64,000 bases of DNA, from NCBI GenBank assembly GCA_004022145.1, contig RCNU01000013.1. One strand, 5' to 3'. Each line of letters starts with the position of its first letter. The stretch's first letter is position 1. This document shows, one piece after another, positions 51,503 to 63,970 of this stretch. This DNA comes from Paecilomyces variotii. Lineage: Eukaryota. The notes beneath the pieces were generated by a model. The model was given only the letters and a program-made list of their open reading frames with translations. It made no database searches and was not told the origin of the DNA. The position numbers and the translations under genes were made by a program.

Positions 51503-52609
51503 ATGATATAATTGCTTGTGCAAGCCTCCCTGTGGGAGGTTCACAGTAATAGCAATGGCTGGTATTTTTGGAAGTTAGCGACGCTGTCCACGAGATTATG
51601 GGTTCAGGATTTGTGTTCCAGCCATCTTGCGCTTTCTGGCTCTTGGTGTTCTGAGGAAGTCAAGCGGGCTAGCTTTACGTTATCCTATACGCCTTCTAGA
51701 AACCCATCTCCTTTTTTTTTCTTTTTGTTTTTTACTACGTCTATAGACGGAGGTCCTTTGTCTCGAGGCCGTCATGCGTGCAATCCTGTGGCGTTAGCGT
51801 TACGGTTTAGCTTCACTTCCACATTCTGTGTTTAAATGCAACGAAGACCATGACCTTTTTTTCTATTTCTCGTTCTATTTTGGAGACTTTGCCTCTGTTG
51901 TCCACCCAAGGCTTTGAACGCACACCAGGACCACAACGGTTTCTTCTGACCTCGGACTCGGCATACTTTTGGGACATAGTGAGTTGTGGGAGGGTATGAT
52001 CATTATGTTCTGTCTTTCTTTCTCCTTCTCTGACCGTTCAGGCATGTTTCGGTTTTTATTTCTTGCAGCTTTGGTGTTATGGTATTGGTGCGTGTGTGTT
52101 TCTCTGGGCGTTCATGCTTGTCGAACTATGTTCCCCGCTATAAGGTCGTGTTTTGAGCGCTATGCGGTATGCAATCTTTCCTTAACATCTGTCATGTACT
52201 ATAGGCGGTATATACTTTCTTGCAAATGTATATAAACATCATTTTCTTCTGATTTTCTTTCAATGCCCATCAAGCTTCCGCTTAGGCAGCCAAAGCTGCT
52301 CAGGCTTTTCCGGAACCTGGTATCATCAGCATAAAGCTAGATTCGGCAAGAAACATGCTGGTAGATTACTAAAGGATGATAATAAGATCTTAAAATCACC
52401 CCTGAACTGTGGATAGTACCATGATGCTCTTGGGCAGCCGCATCTAATATGAGAAATCTGGGCTCCATAACCGTGGTCTGGCGAGATAGTTCCCATGGAT
52501 GTCTTTTTCCTACAGTGAAGCCTGATTCAAGACTGGAGTATAATTAGGAACCGATCTCTACTTACCAACACTCTGCTTCTACAACACTCTACTGAGGATT
52601 TGAGACAAC

Positions 52610-53729
52610 ATGAATATGAAAACACTTCATCTCGGACTGTTCTTTTTCTTCATTTGCCTACTGGCATGCTACCCTACTTGCGTAGATGGTCGTGATATTC
52701 CTTTACGTCTACGGTCATTTTATCGTGAAGTGAAGGTATTCTCATCTTCAGATGTATTGATGTGCCTTTGCTGACTCGCTGCCTTCAGAGATCGGGCTGT
52801 AGAATGCCCCTAGCAACTGGGTTCAAGGATGGTCATGGACATTGTACATACATACGTCCCTTAGTCCCATTTCGTGGATATAACTTATGCTAACTTTATA
52901 CCCTGCGAATAACTAGCCGGTTTCACATACTGCGGTGACTACAGCAAACGCGGCATCATATACATCTCAGGTCCTAGATCTCATCGCCTCCTAGCCGATA
53001 TGGACGTCGACTGTGATGGCGCCAATAACACAGTTGGGAGATGCGGTAATGACCCATCTGGCCAGGGGAAAACTGCATTCAAGAATATTGCCCAGTCCTA
53101 TGGTATACCAGACCTGAACGCCAACATCCACAGCTACATCGTATTCGGGAACGAAGGGGCCGTCCCATCTTTCAACCCACGGGCCCATGGCATGAGACCA
53201 TTGAGCGTGATGGCTGTGATCTGTAACAATCAGCTGGTACGTGCCGGCACATACTTAACACGAGTTTTCCCCCTCCCCCCCTCTTTACCCCTTTTGATCA
53301 TTTCTGCATATACTCCAGCAACGAACAAAATGCAGACTTCAATACCTGAAAATAAGCTTTTTTTTCAACAAAATGTAACAATGAAAAGTTATCTAACTTT
53401 TTACCTCTAAAATCTAGTTCTACGGCGTCTGGGGAGATACGAATGGCGGTGTAGATACCGGCGAGGCATCGATCTCGCTGGCCACCGCTTGTTTCCCCAA
53501 TGGGAATATCACAGCGGATAATGGCCATCAAGCCCACGATGTGCTTTATCTGGGTTTTACTGGCTCGTCAGCTGTGCCGGGAAAGAAAGGGGCTAGGTGG
53601 ACGGCGAGCAGTTTCGAGGGGTTTGAGGCTTCGTTGGCGCGTATTGGAGATAAGTTGGTGAGAAAGAGAGTGCCGAGGAAGAGGTGTATTGGGATTTGGA
53701 AATGTGAGAAATGTAGGATTTGTTTTTGA
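52610..53729 (+). CDS. Secreted fungal chitosanase, glycoside hydrolase family 75
   Basis: Exons 52610-52735, 52789-52843, 52917-53236 and 53418-53729 are in frame. Signal-peptide-like N-terminus. Motifs [31 protein letters not shown] and YGVWGDTN...[12 protein letters not shown], with the catalytic Asp and Glu present. Confidence 0.9.
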
Positions 53730-54616
53730 TTTTATTGGGTTGGGTTGGCAATATGTTCGATATCGAATGTATGTGTATGTATGATTTTGGGCTTCAGATG
53801 ACTTTGGGTTCGTGGGTAGCTGATATACAGTACAACTTTATGGCTGAAGACAATATAATCTATATCTAGCTGTTGTATACCATAGTTAGTTCTCTGGTCG
53901 TTTTCGTCGTCAGTACCATAACTAAAGCTCTCTTTCCACGTGGATCAGCCCAGATGATCCAGACGTTCATAGAAACTGATCGTCCCGCCATGCGTAACTA
54001 CGATGTAAGTTAAATATTTAGTATAGTTCGAAATAGGCCGATCCTTCCGTTCTCTAACGGTGTCGTTCTCATCCAACTCCTCACTAGATACTAGGTAGTT
54101 AGTTACTCTAGTCCCGATGACGTCGACGAGGGAATACTACTTGGCCGTGAATGTGATGATGAAGATGGCCAACTCCGAAGCGCGACGGAAGCAAATCGAG
54201 CCGCCGGCAAACCGCCCGTATTATGGAAATTCGATACGGTCATTACTGTTCTTTACGTACGCCGCCGTACGCGGAGTTCCGAGCATCGCCACACTTCCGA
54301 ACTTCAGCCACAGCCCGAACTTTCCACCGCCTAACGAACCCGTAGGGCCGTAAGGCAGGCGTCGCTATCCATCCATCTTCCCAAGGTTAACTTACTACTA
54401 CCGACCTAGGTACTTCGCATCGAGTCGCAAGTTGTCTGGTGCCAAAGAAGGGCATTCTCTTCCATCTCGACGATATCGCTATCTCCCCAGAGTGATATCC
54501 ATCACTGAGCGTCCTGCTTCTCTTCAGAGTCTCGCTGTTCTATTTACTGGCCTGGCGCACCTAAGTACAACTCTCACCAAGTCTTTCCGGATTCGTAGCT
54601 GAGCCGCGCATCCGCC

Positions 54617-55690
54617 ATGTCGTGGGCAGGTAAGCAACCATTACCCGCGAGAAGAATTGCTATGGATGAAGTCGATGGCTGACGATTTATGTAAAGGATT
54701 CAAGAAAAATGTCAACCGCGCTACGACGCAGGTTATGATGAAGACAGGTTCGTTGGTCTTCTTTACCCCGCCCAGCTGGAGGGCCAATGTCGAATCGCGA
54801 CTTGTTGGCTAACGCCTGGCTGCGACGTCGAACAGGTCATGTCGAAAGAACCAATGATCGTGATTATGAAGTCGAGGAACGGTATGGTTCACTCAGATTG
54901 CAGTTGTCCATAGGTTGGGATATGTACTGATGGGGCCTGATATAGACGGTACCGGACAATGGAGGCCGCTGCGAACCGTCTGCAGAAGGAAGCGAAGGGA
55001 TATCTTGACTCGCTCAGAGGTTTGTCATGACGAAAGCGAAATGGGTTGTTCAATGGGATATGTTCTCTGACGTGCTATGATGCGGTAGCGATGACTGCCT
55101 CTCAGATGAGGATTGCGGAAACGATCGATGCCTTCTACGGCGATGCCGGCACCAAGGATGGTGTCAGTCGAAGCTACAAACAGGCTGTGGAAGATTTAGA
55201 TGCCGAGACTATCAAGGCGCTCGATGGCCCATACCGGAATACAGTTCTCGAGCCGATCTCTCGTTTCTGCGCCTACTTCCCGGACGTCAACGAGTGCATC
55301 AAGAAGAGGAATCACAAGCTGCTGGACTACGACTCGATGCGCGCCAAGGTCAAGAAGCTGGTAGAGAAGCCCGACAAGGACGTCACCAAGCTGCCGCGGG
55401 CGGAGCGGGAGGCCGAGATGGCCAAACAGGCCTACGAGCAACTCAACGAGCAGCTTTTCACCGAACTCCCCCAACTTATCGACCTGAGAGTGCCATACCT
55501 GGACCCGAGTTTCGAGGCCCTCGTCAAGATCCAGCTGCGCTTCTGTGCTGAAGCTTATTCACGCATGGCCCAGGTACAACAGTACCTCGATGCTGACACG
55601 AGAGACCAATATGCGAACGGCGATCTGGACAACCGGGTCGAAGAGGTCCTCCAGGAAATCAGAGACCTCAGCATCGCTGGAACGGTCTAG
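54617..55690 (+). CDS. hob3: BAR-domain amphiphysin-like protein Rvs161/Hob3
   Basis: MSWAG|FKKNVNRATTQVMMKTG|HVERTNDRDYEVEER|RYRTME...CIKKRNHKLLDYD...ELPQLIDLRVPYLDPSFEALVKIQLRFC. Four short introns. Confidence 0.96.
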
Positions 55691-56302
55691 GCTTGTCGTT
55701 CTTATGTTTTCTTATTCCCATCGGCTCTTTTCTCAAACTTCCTCTAGATGGCGGTTTATTTAGTGTACTTCGATTCGGTCCTTCATTCCCGTACATTGTT
55801 CTAGGGCACGTTGAGTTGTGCTTGTCTACATTGCATCTTTCGGGGGCGCTTTTACGTTGTATTTGTTGAAATAGCGAAATAGCGAATAGTGGCTTTTTTC
55901 TTCTCTGCTACCGTGCGGAAATAGGGAATTTCTCTCTGGTCATTCTCATGATCCTGTCTGATTAGGTACGTTGTCAGCTATCGAGATTGACGGTAGTATG
56001 TATGATATGCATATCTGGAGTTGTAATTCGTAGGATCTGCGACATGGTTTTTAAGATCTCTTGGTGGCAACTAGAAATGCAGCGTCTGCGGATGCTCGTC
56101 TTTTTCCTATTCTCTATATGCTCTATGGTACATTGTTTGATATGAAAGAAAGATCTGATCGTACATTAGTCCAGGGTATATGAAATGCTCTCGGATCATC
56201 TTAGTCAACCTATCTGACCCCAGTATAGGATCGTAACGCCACCGCTATAACCAGATTATTATCAATATTCTTTTTGACTTTTTGCCAACCGGTCGGAGGA
56301 GT

Positions 56303-57073
56303 TCATGGCAACTCCCCTTCCCTGTAAAACTCATCAACCAGAAGATTCACCGTCGGCTCAGCGGCTGCGCGGATGGCATCCAGCTCATCGCGACTCAGCT
56401 CGCTGAGGACATAATCCGCGACGTGTTTCGGTTTTCGACTCTCTGGTCGTCCAATACCAACGCCTACTCGCATGATAGACAACTGCACGTCGTCACCCTT
56501 GCTCTGATTCGAAGATGGACGAAGAAGACCCTTCCCGCGCAAACTCTCCATGATACTAATCAGACCACGATGACCACGAAGACTAGCCTGCTGAGGACCA
56601 CCACGACGCACTTTCAATCGACCAAGAGGCGCCTCGAGCTCATCGTGCAGAATGACCAGAGTCGGTTGAAACCGTTTCAATCCCCGAGGATCAACACCGC
56701 GGGGATGGTTTTTCCAGCCCCCCGCCTCTTCTTCACTGGTTGGAAACATCTGAAGCGGTTCATCTCGTCGAACGATCTGATTGAATGTCTCTCTTTGCGT
56801 GGAGAGCCATCCGTCTAGTTGTCGGGTGAGTTTTGGTCCGGATTCATTCATGAATGAGGGGCTGGTCCATGTTTGGTAGAAGGCGGGTTGGCCGGGTTTG
56901 GTTGGTGAGATGAATGGGATTTTGGTTGGTAGTAAGGGCTTCACGGCATCGAGGAGGATGTGGCCTGCGCTGTGGCGGGTGGTGCGGTATGGTCCTTTGT
57001 TTCCTATCGAGGCGATGAAGAGATGTCTTTGTGGTGTGAGGATCGGGGCGGTGGTGCGGAGGATTTCGCCCAT
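56303..57073 (-). CDS. pth1: Peptidyl-tRNA hydrolase (bacterial-type Pth1 family, probably mitochondrial)
   Basis: Intronless 256-aa ORF with FIASIGN...TRHSAG, FMNESG, VILHDELE, RGHRGL and RVGVGIGRP...VADYVL. Confidence 0.9.
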   Translation of the reverse strand: MGEILRTTAPILTPQRHLFIASIGNKGPYRTTRHSAGHILLDAVKPLLPTKIPFISPTKPGQPAFYQTWTSPSFMNESGPKLTRQLDGWLSTQRETFNQIVRRDEPLQMFPTSEEEAGGWKNHPRGVDPRGLKRFQPTLVILHDELEAPLGRLKVRRGGPQQASLRGHRGLISIMESLRGKGLLRPSSNQSKGDDVQLSIMRVGVGIGRPESRKPKHVADYVLSELSRDELDAIRAAAEPTVNLLVDEFYREGELP

Positions 57074-60000
57074 TGTCAGACCTTCTGAGAAGATATATCT
57101 AGGTCCCGATAGAGGTAAGAGGATGGTGAAGAGGTTCTGTGACTAGATATCCGCCTCGAGCTTGTTTCTTTTTTCTTTGTCTTTTTTTTTCGCGGCGTTT
57201 TTCTGATATTTTAGACCTGTAGTTATATGGATTTAATGGGTTTCGTATTCCCTCCAAATTCGGCTCTGCTGCATTTGTCGATGTGCAGATCGAGGTTTTT
57301 AGATCTTCTTAGATCGAATAATTCTCCGGAATCAATGCGAGAAGAGATATATGGAAGTCAGTTTGTGGCGAGAGATCAGTGTTATTCTCTTGTTCTCGGT
57401 ATGGGCAGTTCGTAGCAAGTCGAGTTTTCTGCGTCGGGAGATCTACCGAGCATTTCGCGGGGAAGCTGGGCGGATGCCCCGATTGGCTCTCTGATAACAT
57501 AGATCGATTGCTGTAACGTTAACTACGGAGTATAGAAGAATGTTTTGTTCCTGAATAAATCTAGTTGAATAAGGAGTGGGAAAATCACGCTCCATGGCTA
57601 TCGTGATGCTGTATTGCTATTCAGTGATGGATGCCTGGATGGTATCGCGTTGCTGCCTTATCTTGGGGTCACCTCTATCTCTCCATCCAAGGATTATTAT
57701 TTCTGGGATCATCCATCCCATCTTTCACTATCTACTTAGCATTTCGGGCTTTTCACCATTTGACAGACCCCGGAGCTCCGCTTCTCCTGCCTATTTCCGC
57801 CTGCACATATTACGTGGCTGCTGGCCATCGCGAATAAGCTAAACAGCGTTGTAAGGAATATCCTGGAAAACACAACCTTGGCACAGAAATCTCAACGTGC
57901 AATTATTTCATCCCACGACAAGAACTAGTTGCATCTATCTATTCCCCTTAGCACAAATACCCAAAATGGGCTGATCTCCGTCCGGGATTCATTTGAAAAC
58001 GGGCGCTACAATAATAACTAATAATCCTGGATGAGAATCCCCTGGACCCACTACTGGACGTCTCATCGACGCTTGGATACTATACTAAAATGCTGTCTCA
58101 GTGCCACGGGTTTGACAGGAAACGGGAGCCATTCTAGACTGATTGCAGAAGTCTTTAACGCGTAAATCGACACTCCAGCAGCCCAGCTTGAAAGTGTACT
58201 GGATTGATGCTGTCCATAAAAGGGACCTGGGGGATTTAAAGGAATTATTGCTATTGAATTAGACGTTCTAGCGAATGACAGCTCATCTAGGTAGTGGGAA
58301 TATCAATCACTCTGATTCTGTGATGGACGGACGCGCCTTTGTTTTTACGGCGTCTCTCGCGGGAGTCTGTTCCAGCAGTTTGGGCCCAGGAGACGCCCTC
58401 CACGTTCCACCGCCTTGCTGATCCAGAAACGCGGTATGCTGCAGTGGCTTTGTCGCACGGCTTGATTCAGAACGACGAGTCATGCATTAAGCCGAAAGAG
58501 CTTGGATGCAGGCGGTACCGTTGTACCGGATCCTCTTACTAGACTATCTACTGGCGGGGCTGTCTGACCTGTTCAGAACCGTCTACCCTCGATATCAGAT
58601 GGTCGCATGGCGGGTATACCACTGCTGAATCTTACCTTACCTGGTGCTCGAAGTACTTACTGTAAGATTTTGTTGTTGGAAGCCGCTTCGCAGTCACGAA
58701 GGACCCGGCTTTCCACAGACATGGGTGGCGTATGTGAAGAAGACTATGTAGTAAGTTACTGGATCTAGGATGTGTCGACAAGTTCAATCGCCCGTCAGCA
58801 CTTCGAGACTGGGCCGCTTGTCCGGCGTTTTAACTCCACATGGCCCATGGCCTTCTGAGGAGGATACGCACGATGGACCGAAGGGGATCGGTTACGTGCA
58901 CTGTCGATCAATTCGTCGCGGTACTGACTCAAGGATTGTGTGTTGGAAACATAGAACTCGAATTACGGAGTAGCAGCATTTGCAATCAAGTATGTACCAA
59001 CCAAGGTTGCGACGGGTCATGTTATCTTGATAACTTGTTAGCTATCATCGTGCTGACGATTCTGAACAGAATACGAAATACTAGTCAGATTTCCGAGTCG
59101 TGTCGGCGGGGAGCTGAACCCCGTTCAAGGAATGGAGGTGTTGGGCAGGCCCGACTCTTTTTCTTTGCACATTAGCGTGCCCCTGTTGGGGGACTCTGTG
59201 TCTGCGGGATCATGGATACAGGTGATTGGCAGGATCCTTCCCCAGAAATAGAACTCCCCCATAACGCTCTTGGTCCAAGGATATTCGCTGACATAGAGTA
59301 GGAGTCCGACGAACTAGTCAACTGTACTTACGGGGAAAGGCCTGCCACTTGGCTGCCAAGACACTGTCGATGAGACTTGGTAACTTCGCGGGCAGGATCC
59401 ACATGGGAAAGAGATCCGTAAACCATATATGGCTTCTACTTGGCGGGATTCGTCTATCTATTCGTCTACGCGGATCCTGGGATATGTGCCATGTCGCATA
59501 TGCCGAGAGCTAGGCTCAGCCGCAGATCGTGCCTGCTGCTAAGGAAGACTGGTCGGATGCCCAGCAGACGACATCCCGTCCGGGGGAACGACTAGGCTAG
59601 ATAGCAGCCGAATCTTGTATTATGCCACCAGACCCCGAGAACGGCTCGGCATGCAGCATTGGTACTCGAGTGCAGCGTGCCAACGGAAAATTACCGTCCT
59701 CTTGAGACTTGAGTTGTCTAGACTGCGGGGTCTACGATGCTGAATAGACCTTTTAAACGCCTTTGACAACGCCGAACACCGTGTTTGGACCGTGACGTGA
59801 CGGGCTTGTGGCGTCTGGATGCTGCGCTGGCATCGCTTGGACCTCGTAACGTCGCGGCCGCCGTCTCTTTGACGCCCGTCTGATTGGTGCCGGCAATTCA
59901 GGGTTCAACGGGGGAGACCGCTCGGTCTGAACTCTGGTACGTTCCAACCTAACCGTCTAGTTGGGTCCGGAGAATCGATAGAGTCGGTTACACTCGTCCA

Positions 60001-62579
60001 ACAGGTTTTGGCGCTTTTCCTTAGACTGGGGATGATACCAGTCGAAGACTAGCCCGGTTGGAATCATTATTATTATTGCACGAACATCCATAGTCCACTA
60101 TTTGGCCGGGGAACGCGGAAAGAACACCTGGGCTTTTTGTGCGAAACCTCTTTAATTGGGAAGCATCCCTGGTGATCGTCCATAAAGTCTTCTGTAGAAC
60201 GGGCCACCTTGTCGAGTTTGCGAATGACACAGCAGTTTTGATGTCGTGAATGCTGACTTATAGATACAGTTAGGGACTAAACATTATTGATTCCGTGAGG
60301 GGTAGCGCACCAAGGAATTGGAACGCTGCGTCCCGCCTTGGTAGTTATCATCATAGGGCTCTCGGATAAACACCATTTATGATAGATAGTCGAGAGGGAA
60401 GCCAAGTGCGCGGGAAATGGCAATGACATCTGCAACTTGCTGGATTGGCTAATAGTATCTAGTACTAAGTACCTAGACAATCTGGATTCTGGAGACAGCC
60501 ATACACAACGATTGCTGTCTATCTAGTCCATGGATCGTCCGTCCCAGGACAATGGTCTGAGTCTTTCTGAGGGGTTAGACCGTTAGAGCAGCTTTCTTCC
60601 GCGGACAGCCACTTCCTGAATTGGTGCGCACATAACTAATAATACGCATTGCTTGGCCAGTATGAAAGAGACAGAAGCAATGGCCAGAATAGTCGCGAAA
60701 GACGGGAAAAATTAGAGGTATGAATGAGCCCTGGAAGAACATCGCGGGTATTACTACTCTAGGAGAGATGGAGCCGTCGTCCAGACCTCGATAGACTTGT
60801 CTCGTCCTCCCCTCTTCTCTAGACGATCACCGGCGTAAACGACCGATTATCATGATTCGCCGCTTCTCCTACGGAGCCCCAAGAGTGTTGCAGATCGTCT
60901 CTCGGGAGCAAGTTTGAACCGTTCTGCAGAAACAGTCATATCATATTCTACTCAGCATTATAATATTATTGACTGTTCATGTCATGATAATGAGTGCGAG
61001 GTACGCCGTACGCTTGCCTGCCCACATTCCTCCAAGCTCGGTCTCTTTTAGCGAGAGCTGCTTCGTATACTAATCATGATCTAGCCGTCTCGCTGATGAA
61101 CTAACTTCAATCATTTCGAGTCCGCCAGCCGTTCCCGTCTGCACGTTCCCACTTGGCCTCTTGAGGCTGACCTTTGCTTTGCTGTAGCGCGTCGAGGTGC
61201 AACACCGTCGAGCAACTGGATGCATCCCTTCCCGTCATGTAGTCGTCTTATAGCGGCATAAATCTGATCGGGCTAGAACGTTTCCGCCTGGTGGAGGCCT
61301 ATCATCCAGAAGGGTTCCGACGGAGCACGCCTCTTGAACCGCTTCCATCCGCTATCCGGGACCCCTCTCAGCGCGTGGGCCATGATGCGTGTTTCCACCA
61401 GCACACGACCTTTGGAAGCTGCAGCTGCGGTTTTCCCCTGAGACCAAGAGCCAGGGATTATTATTATTTTACTCTCGTATAGCACGGGAGGGGGCTTTGT
61501 GTCCGAAGCAGGATTGGAGATGTCGAGAACACATAACTACCATATGATATGACTCTCACAGCCCTGGGTGCAGGAATTGCATGACTGCTGTTTCTTCAAA
61601 AGATAAAGTCCCACTTTATTAGACGACCAGAGGAACCGACTTACCATTAAGGATATTTTAAGCCAACTTTGACATGGTTCACGCACCGGTCGAATGCCAG
61701 GCCTTCCAGGAGGGAACATATTCTAATAATGAAAATAAAGATTTCCGGAAGACCTGTCAGCATTGGTGCCACAATACCGGCGCCAGGGCGTTCCTGCATG
61801 TCAAAAGCATCTAGGTTGATACCGTCAATTCCGGTCTAGATAGATACCAGCCAGCGGAGAGGTCGGTCTCTGTCCGTCGCCTTTCCACTCACGCCGTCCC
61901 CTTCAAGCTGGGTCTCTCCTCCTCGGCGAGTGGAGAAGGTTGGTAAACTGGACGCCTGTGCGCAAGAGGGTTGACGCCGAGAATATCCAGTAGTCGCCAG
62001 TGACAGTTCGCTGGTGAATGGAGTTAAACTCACCACGCAGGCTCAGACCACCACTTGACCGTTGCAAAGAGGCACACGCTTCCTCCATTTCCGTAGTTTG
62101 CTTTCTCGCCTGCTCGACCGGTGGGTTTTTCCCCTGCGGAGTAACCCGAGCCCTCTCTGGATTGAGGAAACGCATTTTAGACTTCGCATCGTAGCGGTTG
62201 GTTGACAGTCCAGCGCCAGCTTCTTTGTTGTTATTATTAACGCCGCCTCATAGCTAAACTTGCTGCCTTTCTGAAGCAAAGTAGTGAATCGCCTTGCTTC
62301 TCTGGTTCCTCCCACCATCTTGTCGATTGCCCAAAAGCACGAATCTCTGCCATTGCCCCCTCCCTGTCGTCCCTTTTCCTCGTACTAGTTTCTACCGTCC
62401 CTAACACTTTGCTACGGGTTCACTGGCCACACACGAAACTGCCAGGCTTTCCTCTGGCTTTGGAGTAAGGGCACGCCCCGCAGGGGAGTGAACTCGTCGC
62501 TGCTCTTCCGAACGTATCCCTTTTCGGTGCGTCCAGCCGCGCGTGACTCCCCCGTTCTTCCTGATAGAACAGTCATGTC

Positions 62580-63829
62580 ATGTCCGGAGACAATCTTCGG
62601 CCCAGGGAATACGAGGTCAGGGAAGATGATGGCCCTGTTATCGAAATCGAAGCGGAAAGCGACGGAGAAGAAGGAGAATTATTGGCTCTAGAGGAGGAGG
62701 AGGAAACCACACTTGAATCCTCTTCGATATCTGAATCAGAATCCGACGAAGACTCGACTTCCATGTTGGCTACCCACACCTGATAAATAATAATCGTGAG
62801 ATCCATGGTCTCTCAAATTGGCCGGCAACTGATTGCAACAGAAGATCAACCAGGTCATGCCACAAAGACACTATCGAAGATGTATATGAAAACGGCCGGA
62901 GGTATTGTAACGACACCTACTTCATGCCGAATGATGAAGCCGAGCAGACCCGGTTAAACATCGCTCATCAAGTCTACCTGATCGTTCTCGATGGCGAGCT
63001 AACGAGGGTCCCTGTACCCCGGGGCCGGGCTCGTATCCTGGATATCGGTACAGGCCCCGGAGACTGGGCCGTCGAGATGGGTGAACGATATCCTGACGCG
63101 GAAATCGTCGCTACTGATATCAGCGTCTTTGATATCGGTCCCAGTAGTCTGGGCCTACCCAATGTATCTTTCCAACTAGACGACACCGAAGCCGAATGGA
63201 CGTATCACGAACCATTCGATCTAATCCATCTACGAAGTCTATCAGGAGCTTTCCGTGACTGGGGCTCAGTCTACCGACAGGCTTTCAACCATCTCAAACC
63301 AGGCGGCTACATCGAAGTGATCGATGCCGATACCGCAGCAGGCGTGATCAATTTCCCAGACATTCGCAACTCCTATTTCAGTATCCTCGTCGCCGCCATG
63401 CAATCGGCCGCCGAGAGGACGGGTTTTCCCCGTAACCAGGACCATTTACGCCCAAACCTCCTGACGTCGATTGGCTTCACGGCCGTTCGCAGCACCGAGA
63501 TCACGATCCCAGTGGGTGTATGGCCGGAAGATCCCCGACAAAAGACTCTGGGGAAGATGGCATTGATTTCAATCTTGGAAGGGCTAGAGGCATGGAGTCT
63601 ACGACAGTTAACCGATACCGGCAACTGGACTGCGGAGGAAGTGAGGGCGTTATGCGATAAGGTCAAGGGCGAATTGGTGAAAGCAACGGGGATGACGGCG
63701 CAAGTACGAATCTTGACTGGGAGAAGGCCTTTCGCCCATGATATCAGAAGGGGTCGGACAGATGACGAGATGTTGGAGGAGGCTTTGGCGCGGTTGCGGA
63801 TGCGTGAGAGGAAGAGGGGTGAGAGGTGA
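62580..63829 (+). CDS. LaeA-like (Llm/TAM-type) class I SAM-dependent methyltransferase, ~390 aa, with an acidic N-terminus
   Basis: Exon 62580-62764 and intron 62765-62841 (GTTGGC...AACAG) join in frame to YENGRRY...YFMPNDEAEQTRL, ILDIGTGPGDWA, FDLIHLR and AFNHLKPGGYIE. Family assignment only; not shown to be the laeA orthologue. Confidence 0.88.
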
Positions 63830-63970
63830 GATGGTTGGAGAGAGGTCAGCATTCTGCAGTTGCCAGCTGCAGCAACAGAGGAAATACCACGAAGGGTCCA
63901 TCTGAGAGATTCATACTTGAAAAAAAAAAAGAAGAAGAAAAAATTACGACGAGATGTCTTCCCAACAAGA

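Noticed and set aside
58631..58644. CTTACCTGG, similar to the U1 snRNA 5' end
   Set aside because: Lacks the ATACTTACCTG start, and no U1 stem-loops or Sm site are recognisable downstream.
62781..62783. Apparent premature stop between the acidic ORF and the methyltransferase ORF (pseudogene or readthrough)
   Set aside because: The stop lies inside intron 62765-62841; splicing restores a continuous frame.
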